The notes beneath the pieces were generated by a model that had not been told where the DNA came from, ran no database searches, and saw only the letters and a program-made list of their open reading frames with translations. From NCBI GenBank assembly GCA_004431415.1, contig QPMI01000599.1, positions 124,001 to 188,000 on the forward strand: 64,000 bases of DNA, read 5' to 3'. Every line of letters begins with the position of its first letter. The first letter of the stretch is position 1. The translations under genes were made by a program, and so were the position numbers. Below are positions 12,541 to 24,024 of the stretch, piece by piece. The DNA comes from Cyanophora paradoxa CCMP329. Taxonomy: Eukaryota > Plantae > Glaucophyta.

Positions 12541-13384
12541 TTAAGGCAAAGGATCACTTCCACCAATGGGATTGTATAAATTGGTGGTTAGATACTGTCC
12601 ATATCGATTTCCTCTTGCGATTTCATCATTTCTTTCAGCATACATAATTACTGTGTAAGTCCCTTGTTGTGTGGCTCTTATAATATATTGGTCATCTTGT
12701 GTGTCAAGCAGGGCAATGAATGAAAAGCAAGACCGAAATTATCTACTGGACTACTTGGACTGTAATACGGGGTCTTGCTCCATCAGTTCGTCTACATAAT
12801 GAGTAAATATCAGCAGGCAATGTCTCAATATACCTATAATGATTTCCCAAAGGCTCTAATACATCCAGAACGGCTGTTTGAAGGTTTATAATAATCGTAT
12901 TGATTTTTATAATGTAGGGCTCATTCATACCTGGGACATATGTCCTGATTCTTGTATTTACATCATCAGGATTGGGTTGATCATTTACTAACAGGGGCGC
13001 TCCAATAATTCCACCAACCCTTAAACCATCTCCAATATAGGCGCCTCCTGATCTACATTTAATTGCTCCCCTTCTTGCCTCATAGGCAAAGTTTGTTACC
13101 TTGTTGTCATCATTGTAACTATCAGGATCTCCATGAAACGCATTGAAATTCGCATTTGTTACAAGAAGTTTTGTAGTTTTAACGACCCCATTATTTTTGT
13201 CACATCTCAATTCTCTTAGTCTTAGCATGTGAGTGTCGCCAAAAGTATTAAGAGTTGGTGCTATCTCTGTGGATTCAAGGCCATCAACATTATCAATAAT
13301 AGCATGTTGTAAAACGTGATTGGCTGGAGCAGCTAATGATAGTTGGGCTGTTAAAATGCGTTCAGGTGGAGCAGGAGCTGCCAT
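12541..13384 (-). CDS. Putative virion/fibre-associated protein, paralog 1 (frameshifted near 12745-12710)
   Basis: The 213-aa ORF continues in shifted frames to DDQYYIRATQQGTYTVIMYAERND...SDPLP*. It aligns along its length with 13404-14247. Confidence 0.6.
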
Positions 13385-13403
13385 TTAATGTATCAAAACA
13401 TAT

Positions 13404-14247
13404 TTATGGTGTGGGATCATTCGGGAATGGATCGTCGTAGAAGTTGTTTAAGTTATTATCTGGATTTAGACCACGCGAAGATGCCCATGCTGCTTGGTCT
13501 GTTCTCAATCCAATTATAAGAACATCGTAGTTTCCAGTTTCTGTTGCGTAAAAATCAAAAGATTCCGGTTGAGCAAGATTTTGGAATAGAACCCAACCCC
13601 TCCCACGACCCATACTCTGAACATAGAAAGTATAGGCTGGACCTAACAGACCATTTTGTGATCTACACATTGCGTGAAGGGATCTGGGGATTGGAATATT
13701 TGGATAATACCAATCACCAGCTATTCCATTTGGCTGAGTTGCTGTGACATTTGTTAGCTCAACACGAACCTGCGCCATTGCCAAGCTTCAGCACCACATG
13801 GATTATACATTCGAATTCGTTGTGGATTATCCTCATTTTCTGGTAAAGTGTCAGGAATGTCATTGACTGAAACAGATGAACTAAGCATTCCTGATACTCG
13901 ACAACCGCCACCAATAATTGCTCCTCCTGATCTCACAACAGCAGCAGCGCGTTCACCATCAAAATCAAACCCTCTAAGGTCCACACTATAGGAATCCGGC
14001 TGCCTATAACAGCATTGAAGTTCGCATTCGTTACAAGGAGCTGAGTTGTTTTTACCACACCCGAATTTTTATCCGCGCGTAGTTCTTTTACACGAATCAT
14101 GCTGTTTTTATCAAAAGCATTACCAGAATTGGCTCGTTCTGTGGATTCAAGTCCACGAATTTCATCAGACACTTCGTGTTGTCTAAAATGAATTGCTGGA
14201 CTCCCCAATGCGTAAACTGGTAATTGGACTCGATTATATTCGCCCAT
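13404..14247 (-). CDS. Putative virion/fibre-associated protein, paralog 2 (split into 3 ORFs by frameshifts)
   Basis: Shares GLESTE, ELRxDKNxGVVKTTxLLVTNANFNA, RSGGAxIGxGxRVxG, RIRxYxP and ATxxGxYxV..RxD with paralog 1. Confidence 0.6.
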
Positions 14248-14287
14248 TGCTTCTTTTACTAAGAAGGATAGAAAAATAAACGAATAT

Positions 14288-17200
14288 CTATGCTACCATC
14301 TTCCCTGTTGCAATATAAGTCATTTGATAGTGGAAAAGTCCAATGCTTTCATTGTATTCTCTATTTGCCGAAATTGTTGCATAAATAGTAAATGTTGTTG
14401 TTGTGGAACTTGTGACACCATATACCAATACATATGAACCACCATTATACCCATCTCTTAAATTGAGAACGACTGCTGGGGCTTCTGCAAACGCTTTTGG
14501 AATGTGACAACTTGTGGAAATCCCCAATGACCCGGACCTGTGATTGCTAAGGATTTTGAAAAACTCCCTGTCTGTATATACTGGTCTTTATTGACCCGTT
14601 GTTCTGAGACAAGTTTCGCAATCTTACCATTGTCTTTTTCATCCATCGCATAGTATGCTCTTGCGTAAGCATTGCCACGACATAATAGTGTTTTATCGTA
14701 TATGTTCGCGGAATTGTGGAAGAACCACTGTTCGTAGAATAAAGGAGAGTCTGGTTGGTAAATTTGACCGGATCCTACATACATGGTATTATTTGCTGTG
14801 ATCGTATTTGCTACAAATGGGTCTAAGGTTGGGAAATCTGTGATTTCCGATTTCGTGTGAGTATGGCGAAATCTGTTATATTTGCCTTTGTGTGAGTATG
14901 TGCAAAATCGGTGATATCTGATTTAGTGTGAGAGTGAGGTCCGACAGTTGTGGAAGCTGTTGGTTTCCCGTAAATGTTATCCCAATGCAAGAAGCCACTG
15001 TGTGATGATACAGCAGGATTTTTACTCCAACCAACAAGACCCACAAGGTAAATCCTTCCAATTCGCCCTTGAACACCAACTTTACTCAGCCCTTCACAAT
15101 TTACCCCGACATATTGCCTATACTCTACACTTGGGTCACTACCAGGAGAATAAGCATTTACTCTCGAAAGTGTATAAGAATTTGTTGATGGATAAACTCC
15201 CACAACATCAAAGTATCTACTATTGTATTGACACACATAGAAGATATAGCATGTCTTCATTCCCGCGGGACAGTCCATAACATCTTGTAGCCACTACAAT
15301 CTTCATCACCAGAAGCCCATGTGTTTGCTCCTGAGTAAGGAGATATGAATGTAAAAAATCTCCAATCACCTGTGCGGTCTGTGGAAATACCACTTGTAGC
15401 ATCGAAATTTGTGGGTGCTGTATATGTTGGTTTATTAATTAAATCATCATAATTTCCGCTTGTCGCAACTGCTGCTAAGGTGGGTCTATCCGTAATATGG
15501 CTCCATAAATGTGGATGTGGTGAAGGTGTGAATGTTACAGGCTTATCTGTTATACTATTCCATGTGTGTGTGTGGTCAAAATCTGAAATCTCATCTTTTG
15601 TGTGAACGTGTGCAAAATCGGGTATCTCTAATCGGGAATGTGTGTGGGCAAAATCTGTTATTTGTGATTTTGTGTGAGTGTGTGTGGGTATCTCCAAATT
15701 GCTAAGTGTTAATCTGTCTTTGCCGATAATATTCAGAATTTCCCGAGTTAAGATTGGTTGAGTATTGGGAATCCATACATTTGTTGGATGTAATACCTTA
15801 CTTGTTGTTTTTCTGCTGTGGTTAATGCTCTGTTGAATACAATAATCTCAGCAATGCTTCCCGCAAATATTGTTCCAAATCCAAAATCGTTTATAGTGGA
15901 ATCAGGTAAATAATTATCAATTCCTGTGAGAGTTCCCACATCGACACCATTTAGCCCAACTGTGTAGCTATCAGAAGTTATTGTTTGGTCTGAGTAATAC
16001 CATTTATTTACCAAAGAGGGAACTGTGACAGCAATTGGAGGTTGTGTTACACCATTTATAGCGAAAGTAGTTGTCCCTAATCTTGTTGAATTATTTGCTC
16101 CATAGTAGGCAAATCGCGTTGGTGATGTTGTTTTTAGCACTCTCAAATGTGTATGAGAAGCACCTGTTTGTGTTAAATGATATCTTCCAATATAGAAGAA
16201 TGTCAAACCTTGTGACCAATCAATTGTTCTTGTCATCGTTGAGTTTGCTGAGAAGTTCCCTGAATCGCTTGTTAAAGTCATCTGATTATTTATAGCAATA
16301 TTGGATGAGTAGTAGGGACTTCCTGTGGAACTGACAGTTATAGATGGAACGATTGAGGAGACCCTATTGTAAAGAATTGTTGATGCTGCATTTTGACCGT
16401 GAACCCCTGATGCCTTCCAAGCAAAAATACAATTGGGAATGTTAGAAGCTGGATCAAAATTGGAAGTGATTCGATAAAAATTTTCACTATAAGATTCTAA
16501 ATAGCTTCCGGTTCCCATTTGAATTTTCCCTCCAACTGTTAGGTTGCTTGTCACCACCAAGTTGCTGGTAATGGTTCCACCATTGAGTGGTAGATAATTA
16601 GATAATGCTACATTAAGTTCCTGTTCAGTCACATATTCTTCAAGAATTGCTGCAAGTTCTGTATCGTCTACATAATTTTTGCTTTCAAGGTAATCATCTG
16701 TGACAACACCTGAAAGGGTCTCATTGTGTAAATTTTTTGCCGCCATTCTCTGATTGACTTCTAAGGCGCCACCTGCTAATGTTTTGATCCACGCCATCTC
16801 ACATTTCCCGAAATCATCTTTTGGTTGTCCCACAAGTGGTGCGTAATTGAATTTCGAGCGACTAAATATTATTTTCGGTCTTGATCCATCGGTTGCGCTT
16901 ACATCTGTAACGTTTACTTGTAAGATGGCGTCTTTATCATCATAACTCACTGGATCTAATGGAAGTGGAGGTAAACCTGCTGTTAATGGGATATCTTCAT
17001 TATAATAACTTGTCAAAAACAGACCTGGTTTAGTATCTATAACTCCCACCCCACCTGCTGAAACCATTTGAGATCTTGAAGGTTGTTTAATGTATAATTC
17101 GCCATCCATTGTGGTGCCTGCATCTATTCCTTTTCGGTGCAAATAGTATTCACTTAATTGTAATCTTTCAGGAATGGTGTCACTCTGATAGAAACTAACC

Positions 17201-20200
17201 CCATAAAATCCGTCACCATTTACTAAATCACCTGTTGATGCAAAACGTGGTTTTTCATCTATTTCACTCCATGGGTGTTTGTGGTTAGAGTTTGTGATTT
17301 CGGAATAATCATGAGTGTGTGAATCTGGTGGAAAGGTTAACGGAGGATTTGTGATATGCTCCCATAAATGAGTATGGGCAAAATCTGTAATTTGCGCTTT
17401 GGTGTGTGTGTGGTTTTGTATCCAACCTTGAACCACATTCGATGTTGGATGATGAGGAAGATTAGCATTACTTGTTACAGTGAGATAATCGATCACTGTA
17501 TCGGGTGATGTGATCTTTAAACCTCTGTAAATGGTCAGAGGTTGAGTATTGGGGAATCCATACATTTGTTGGATGTAATACCTTACTTGTTGTTTTTCTG
17601 CTGTGGTTAATGCTCTGTTGAATACAATAATCTCAGCAATGCTTCCCGCAAATATTGTTCCAAATCCAAAATCGTTTATAGTGGAATCAGGTAAATAATT
17701 ATTAATTCCTGTGAGAGTTCCCGCATCGACACCATTTAGCCCAACTGTGTAGCTTGTAGAAGTTATTGTTTGGTCTGAGTAATACCATTTATTTACCAAA
17801 GAGGGAACTGTGACAGCAATTGGAGGTTGTGTTACACCATTTATAGCGAAAGTAGTTGTCCCTAATCTTGTTGAATTATTTGCTCCATAGTAGGCAAATC
17901 GCGTTGGTGATGTTGTTTTTAGCACTCTCAAATGTGTATGAGAAGCACCTGTTTGTGTTAAATGATATCTTCCAATATAGAAGAATGTCAAACCTTGTGA
18001 CCAATCAATTGTTCTTGTCATCGTTGAGTTTGCTGAGAAGTTCCCTGAATCGCTTGTTAAAGTCATCTGATTATTTATAGCAATATTGGATGAGTAGTAG
18101 GGACTTCCTGTGGGACTGACAGTTATAGATGGAACGATTGAGGAGACCCTATTGTAAAGAATTGTTGATGCTGCATTTTGACCGTGAATCCCTGATGCCT
18201 TCCAAGCAAAAATACAATTGGGAATGTTAGAAGCGGGATCATTACTGGCTGTAATAGAATACCATTCTCTGTAAAGTTGGTTCATGGTATTAAAGTTGCC
18301 TGAGCCAATCGTTAGAATTCCATTCACTTTTAGGTTGCTGGTCTCTATGTTGCTACTGTAAATATTACTATTTACTGTAAGGTTTCCTGTGATTGTCCCA
18401 CCAACAAGCGGGAGATATTTTGATAATTCCGCGGCAAGTTCAGGTTTTGTTACATAATTTCCAAGCATCGCAAGAGTTACGAAATTAACGAGAATTACAG
18501 CCGTTAGGTAATCTTCTGTTACCACTCTCGAAATATCTTCATTGTGTATATTTTTGGCGCTTGCTCTTTGATTGATTTCTAATAAACCTTCACCAACTCC
18601 GCCATTATAATTTGTTTTTATCCATGCTACCTCACATCTTCTATAATCATCTCGATTTCCTATAAAAGTATTTGGTAAAAGACGCTGCCGACTAAATACT
18701 AATTTCGGTCTCGATTGGTCAAAATCGCTTACATCTGTTACATTAATTTGGATTGCGGCATCTTTGTTATCATAACTATTTGGATCTAATGGAAGTGACG
18801 GTATCGGAGGTAATACATCTGTCATCGGGATATCCTCAGGGTAGAAGCTTGTTAAATAAATTCCGGGTTTCGTCTCATATAAACCAAAATTACCATTGAT
18901 TGGTAAAATCCCCTCTCTTCTGGGTGGTCTAATGTATAATTCGGCTTCCATTCCTGTGCCTGCTTCTATTCCCATGCGATTAAGGTAGTGGTCATTTAAT
19001 TGTAATCTTTCTTCGATTTCTATGTTTCGGTAGAGACTTACGCCATGTTGGAAATCTGTTAATATATTTCCTGCCGATGCGAAAGTAGGTTGCTCATCGA
19101 TTTCGTCCCAATTATGCCTATGATCTGCTGGTGGAAATTCAGTAGGTATGTTATCTAAATCTTCCCAATCGTGCCTATGCTCTGTCGGTGGGAATCTATC
19201 AGGTTTATTCTCGATTTCGTCCCAATCATGGCCATGGGGATCAGGTGGATATGTTTGTGGTTTATTTCGAATGTCCTCCCAATCCACTATGAAATCGAAT
19301 AGATCAGGTGCGAAACCATCAGGTAAAAGCTGCTCATCAAAAGGCTCGTAGCGATCATAAGTTACAAGATTTGGGTCGAAACCATCTGGTAAGACATTAT
19401 CCTCTTCAAATCGCCTATCTTCAAGAGGTATAACATTTACATCTGGTGATAAAAGCTCCTCAGCTGGTTGTTTGTAATCTGTAAATACTGGTTTGTTTCT
19501 GACTTTTTCCCAGCTAACTATGTGCTGCCCAAAGGCTACATTTTCCTCTGCTGTGTATTCCCTCCCAGGTTGCTTCTTTGGTGTAAGGTCAGGTGGATCC
19601 CACGGAAGCGGAAAGGGACAGGAACAGGACCGTAATGCTCAAAGATTTCCCTTATAGTTTTCTCACTGACAAGCTTCTCACCATTGGCATACACATTGCT
19701 TCCATGGATATTTCGCCACTGCCTCGTCCTGATTCCAAGGTCTTTTGTGTTTGTGACCAAAGGTAAAAGGTGCCTATCCATTTCGACAAGATCAGGATGT
19801 AAATGGATTGCTACTGGTTGAGTGGGGCTGCTGTTGATGGTAATTGATGGCTTTTTCTGGTGGACATCATTTGGAGTAAAAAACCCAAACGGCTCATTCC
19901 TCGCAAAGTCATATGTAATATCCTTGGGGTATACATCATTAGTTGAACAGACTTGATTCGTGTTCTGGAAATGGCCCACTTGTAATACTTGGGGAACCTC
20001 TGTTTTTGTGGTGCTGCCCTCATTATAAATTCTTAAACCTGTGTTCTGTTTGCCCTGCTCATCTTGTACATTGAAAATCAAACGGCCACTATCACACCTT
20101 GATGGTATGTCTGGATGGGTTCCACTTGGTTTGAGTTTTCTCGGTCTCCTTCTGGTTGCCTTGATCTCTGCTACTTGATTGGCTTTCACATTGCCCAAAC

Positions 20201-20408
20201 TAAAAGCTATACTGACATCCTCCTTGTCTGGATCGGTCTGATTTAAGGACAGGGCATGCTCCCTTGATTGAGTCTTTGAAGAACCGTCAGAGCTGTGGTC
20301 GATTGATATTGAACCTTTAACTTTTATATTATCAAAGTTCACATGCTTTGTGCTGCTGGAATTATCATCTTGAATTGTTTCCAGATTAGGGGGGTAATTA
20401 AAGCTCAT
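14288..20408 (-). CDS. Giant fibre/adhesin-like protein (about 2,000 aa if frameshifts are repaired)
   Basis: Six consecutive same-strand ORFs in shifted frames. They contain phage tail-fibre-type HxH repeats (HTHTKSQITDFA, HxHxWxxIxxKP), YLPLxGGTITGNL, two LamG/concanavalin-like domains (FAGSIAEIIVFNRALT) and a C-terminal fibre-tip-like domain (IQTG...VTF-PKAFAEAPAVV...TTTTFTI). Confidence 0.75.
15756..18241. repeat. Internal duplication in fibre gene: about 700 bp near-identical (15756-16456 vs 17540-18241) within a more diverged unit of about 1785 bp
   Basis: Identical antisense ORFs at 16071 and 17856 (offset 1785). The protein repeats the LamG-like domain almost verbatim. Confidence 0.9.
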
Positions 20409-20451
20409 GGCTTTTACTATATGGATTTATAAAATTCCTTATAAGTATTAG

Positions 20452-22008
20452 ATGCCTCACAAAATAGTCCTTAGTTTGTCAGGTGGCGGGGCAAGGGGCA
20501 TTATCATTACCAGACTTCTTAAAGAAATCGAAAATCGAACTGGCAGGCGTATAATAGATCTTGTGGATCTTGTTAGTGGAACTTCCACAGGTGGGATCAT
20601 TGCCATTGGGTTGAACATTAGGCATCCAGATAGGGCAGGCGAACCCAAACTCACAGCCAATGATTTACATAATATATACCTCACTCAGCTGCCCTTGATT
20701 TTCGCAAATCCTCGAAATATAATCGAAAATGCCCTTTTTAACACCAAGTATGATGTGGCTCCTTTAGAAAGCGCAATCAATTCTGTTACTGGCGAATCCC
20801 TCATTCAAGATTCCTTGAAGGACATTGTTATTACTTCGTTTGATACTCAGTACATGAAACCTATATTCATCACAAACGATAACAACTACAACTTTCTGCC
20901 CTGTAAAATAGCAGCAAGGGCTACCTCTGCTGCTCCCACCTACTTTTCACCTGTGAGTATAGTTGACTTCAATCATGGGATAACTGCTTGCCTTATTGAT
21001 GGTGCTATCTCAGGAAACAATAACCCCAGCGTGTGTGGCTATAGCCATGCGAGGAAGATTTACAGTGATGATGATGACATTATAGTTATAAGCATCTCTT
21101 GTGGTGAGGTAGACCCATATTTAGAGTCTGATTATTTCGGCTATGCTTATGAGACTGTGAACAGTTGGGGCATTCTCTCATGGATTGCCTCAACAGATGG
21201 AAGCCCATTGATTAACATGCTCATGGCAGCAAGTGAGCTGTCGGCTCTTGACAAGATGGAGGAGTTGCTACCTTATAACTACGATCAGGATTATGGAAGG
21301 TACTATAGGCTATCTGTTCCTCTTCCAAATCACATAGTCAGGTCCCTTGATGATACCTCTAAAATCCCTGACATGCTTTCGTTCACCGAGACATACATAG
21401 CAGCAAACAACAGCATGATTAATAAGCTTTGCGATTTGCTGGTAGCAAACTATGAATTAAAGAACCCATCAAAAGCATACATCTCTTCCACTCTCACCCT
21501 GTCACCACCTTTGGATGCTAATTGGTACAAACTTGCTGATGATGCCTTTACTGCCTCCTCCTCTGTGATAGGTAAAGAGCCCCACATGGCTCGACCTTCA
21601 TCATTTGGCTGGGAAGCTGGGGCATTTGCTCCAGAGCAGATATGGGAGACCCCCACTGAGTACCTTCAAGTTGCTTTCCCATACACTTTTGAACTCTCTT
21701 CAGTGGTTGCCTATGGGTCAGGGGACACCAATGCTTTTATAAAGACTTTCAGTGTGGCTACATCAACTAATGGGGTCAACTGGTCTTTTATTCGAGCAGA
21801 AGGGCAGAACAAAACATTTGTTTGTGAGAATATAAACAATGCTAATAATTCCGGCGATATAGCTTTATTAAATGGTTACCCTCTCACCATCAAGGATGCT
21901 TTCTACGTAGGGTTCTCTTTGAGAATCAAGTATGTTCGCATTTATCCCCTTGTCTATGTGAATGCTCCCACAATGAGAGTCGATTTTACAGGTGCGTTTA
22001 TTCGATAA
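20452..22008 (+). CDS. Patatin-like phospholipase fused to a C-terminal discoidin (F5/8 type C) domain
   Basis: LSLSGGGARG, SGTSTGG, ATSAAPTYF and IDGA motifs. C-terminus has FTASS, EYLQV, FSVATSTNGVNW, KYVRIYP and MRVDFTG. Confidence 0.9.
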   Translation: MPHKIVLSLSGGGARGIIITRLLKEIENRTGRRIIDLVDLVSGTSTGGIIAIGLNIRHPDRAGEPKLTANDLHNIYLTQLPLIFANPRNIIENALFNTKYDVAPLESAINSVTGESLIQDSLKDIVITSFDTQYMKPIFITNDNNYNFLPCKIAARATSAAPTYFSPVSIVDFNHGITACLIDGAISGNNNPSVCGYSHARKIYSDDDDIIVISISCGEVDPYLESDYFGYAYETVNSWGILSWIASTDGSPLINMLMAASELSALDKMEELLPYNYDQDYGRYYRLSVPLPNHIVRSLDDTSKIPDMLSFTETYIAANNSMINKLCDLLVANYELKNPSKAYISSTLTLSPPLDANWYKLADDAFTASSSVIGKEPHMARPSSFGWEAGAFAPEQIWETPTEYLQVAFPYTFELSSVVAYGSGDTNAFIKTFSVATSTNGVNWSFIRAEGQNKTFVCENINNANNSGDIALLNGYPLTIKDAFYVGFSLRIKYVRIYPLVYVNAPTMRVDFTGAFIR

Positions 22009-22931
22009 ACTCGAGCTGAAAAGAATTGTCAATTCCGTTCATGTCAATGATTTCCCCAAAGTAGTCTCTAAACTCAACTGTTAATTCCCTTACCACCAGA
22101 TGTCGGTCGTTAATTCGAATAAATTCCCCATGCTCACCATTATAGTAAACATAGCCTCCTATATCCTTGCTTAATTGGAGTCTCAGTATGGCGCCTTGGT
22201 TTTGTGGCTGTGATTTTGGGACTATATTATGTCTGCTGGCAAAGGGAGCAAGTTCTTTGACATGTAAATAAAGGTACTGCTCAGCGTTCATGTCTGCCAT
22301 CTTATTGCTGTAATAAACATATCTAAGAGGTGTGGATGAAAGTCTGGATCCCGAAAAGGTAGTTCCCACAAGGGTGATTGAGTGTGATAGGTTTGCCATC
22401 ATACTTTAGAAAATTCTCAGGGCGATATGGAGATTGAGAGGGCGAATTGTCATCCATAAATGAAGACTGGAACTCAGTTGAGCTTAACCCCAGAAGCTTA
22501 CCAATACGCTTATTGCTTGCTCTTATACGGAAAAATCTGTTACTGTAGAACTCCACTTTATAAGTGGTCGGATTGTAAAATAATTTGAATTCGAAAGCAA
22601 CTGTTTTTCCTGCTATAGTTTCCTCATAGAACACATAGTTCAATCCATAGTTGTATGGTTGGGTGACCCCAAAATGTCCCTGATTGATATAACCGGTTGG
22701 CAGGGGGGAGATGTTGTAAGTTACTGTTTCAGTGACAGAACTATCCTGATAGGTGAATTCCACTATTAAATGATCTGTTCCCACACTATTGTAAATGCTG
22801 TTTGGAATTTCTGCGTAAATAACCCTACACTCTCGAGGTCTCTCTACTGGTGTTGTGAGGGCAACCCTGTAAGAGTTTTCGGTTTCACCTTGGCTGCGAT
22901 CCCTGCTATCAACATTGACAAGCCGGTTCAT
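21998..22931 (-). CDS. Minor capsid (penton)-like protein 1, one frameshift near 22330-22400
   Basis: N-terminal VNVDSRDR...YRVAL...AEIPNSIYN and C-terminal YLYLHVKEL...LTVEFRDYFGEIIDMNGIDNSFQLEF match the penton-type pattern of PLV/NCLDV proteins. Confidence 0.75.
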
Positions 22932-22939
22932 TTTAATAT

Positions 22940-23970
22940 ATGAATATAGATAAAAGGAGAATGCCCGTGGATTACATTGAGGTGAGTTCTTTTAATACAA
23001 TCTCTGGTGACGGTCCTACTTCAAGCTTTGTAGCTCGACTTCCAAACATATATGAGAATGTGAGGGCTGTCAGGCTGGTCTCGGCCGAATTTTATAATAG
23101 TATCCCTATGGTGAGTGGTGAAACGCAACCAGGGGATATTACAATTGATAATTCATTCAGCATTTTTTGGAGTGAAGAATTCGATGGTGCTGGCATTGAT
23201 GGCATTCCAACTACTCGACCAGCGGCCGGCTTTGAACCTTGGAAGCAATTAATCATAAGTCGCAAAAAACCCATTCAAAGCCACCAGCAATTGGTAAATG
23301 TAATTAATGCGAAATTCGATGATAGAGAGCCGGAACCATCTATTCGCTGTAAATGGGATGAGTCACTAAAACGAATTATATTCCACTCAGAGAAACCTTT
23401 CTATTTAGCCTTCTCTAACGCTGGAAATCCAAACCAGAAAACGATCCAAAAGTTGCTGAGCGCTGCCCGATTGCTTGGTCTTGATCCCGGAAGATATGGA
23501 AATTCCCCAATCCAATCACAGGTTTATAATGCTCTTACTGATGGCATCTTTACTGGTGAACGGGTGAATGGTATTATATCTTCGTTTGAGCCTGAAAAGA
23601 CAAGGGACAGTGTTTTATTTGTCAGAGTAAAAGAGTTGGGTGATCTGGTTCAGTGTGGGGATGGTCTCCTGACTGGTTACTTCCACAAAATCGTGGTTCC
23701 TGACAAGGACTATGGTGAGCATGTGGTTTACAATTCAACAGAATCTCACCCACTTTACAAGTACTATAACAAAAAATGGGTTTGTCTACATTCTCTGTGG
23801 ATATAGTAAATGCTATAAACGAACCAATCGATTTTGAGGGTCAACCTGTCCACCTCACATTTGAAATTCGATATGGGGAGGAGCCAGCAGGCGACCCTGT
23901 CTATGAATACTTTAAGATGCGGATGTCACAAAGTCATCCAACATATCCAATCATTGCGAGTTTTGGGTAA
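22940..23970 (+). CDS. Minor capsid (penton)-like protein 2, one frameshift near 23775
   Basis: FVARLPNIYENVRAVRLVSAEFYNS...LFVRVKEL...LSTFSVDIVNAINEPIDFEGQPVHLTFEI shows the same pattern as penton 1. Confidence 0.7.
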
Positions 23971-24024
23971 ACACTAGGTTCATTCGTAATTTTTTTATGT
24001 TACAGTATAATAAAAGAGAAAATC

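Noticed and set aside
16071-18080. Two identical 74-aa plus-strand ORFs
   Set aside because: Antisense shadows of the duplicated fibre module.
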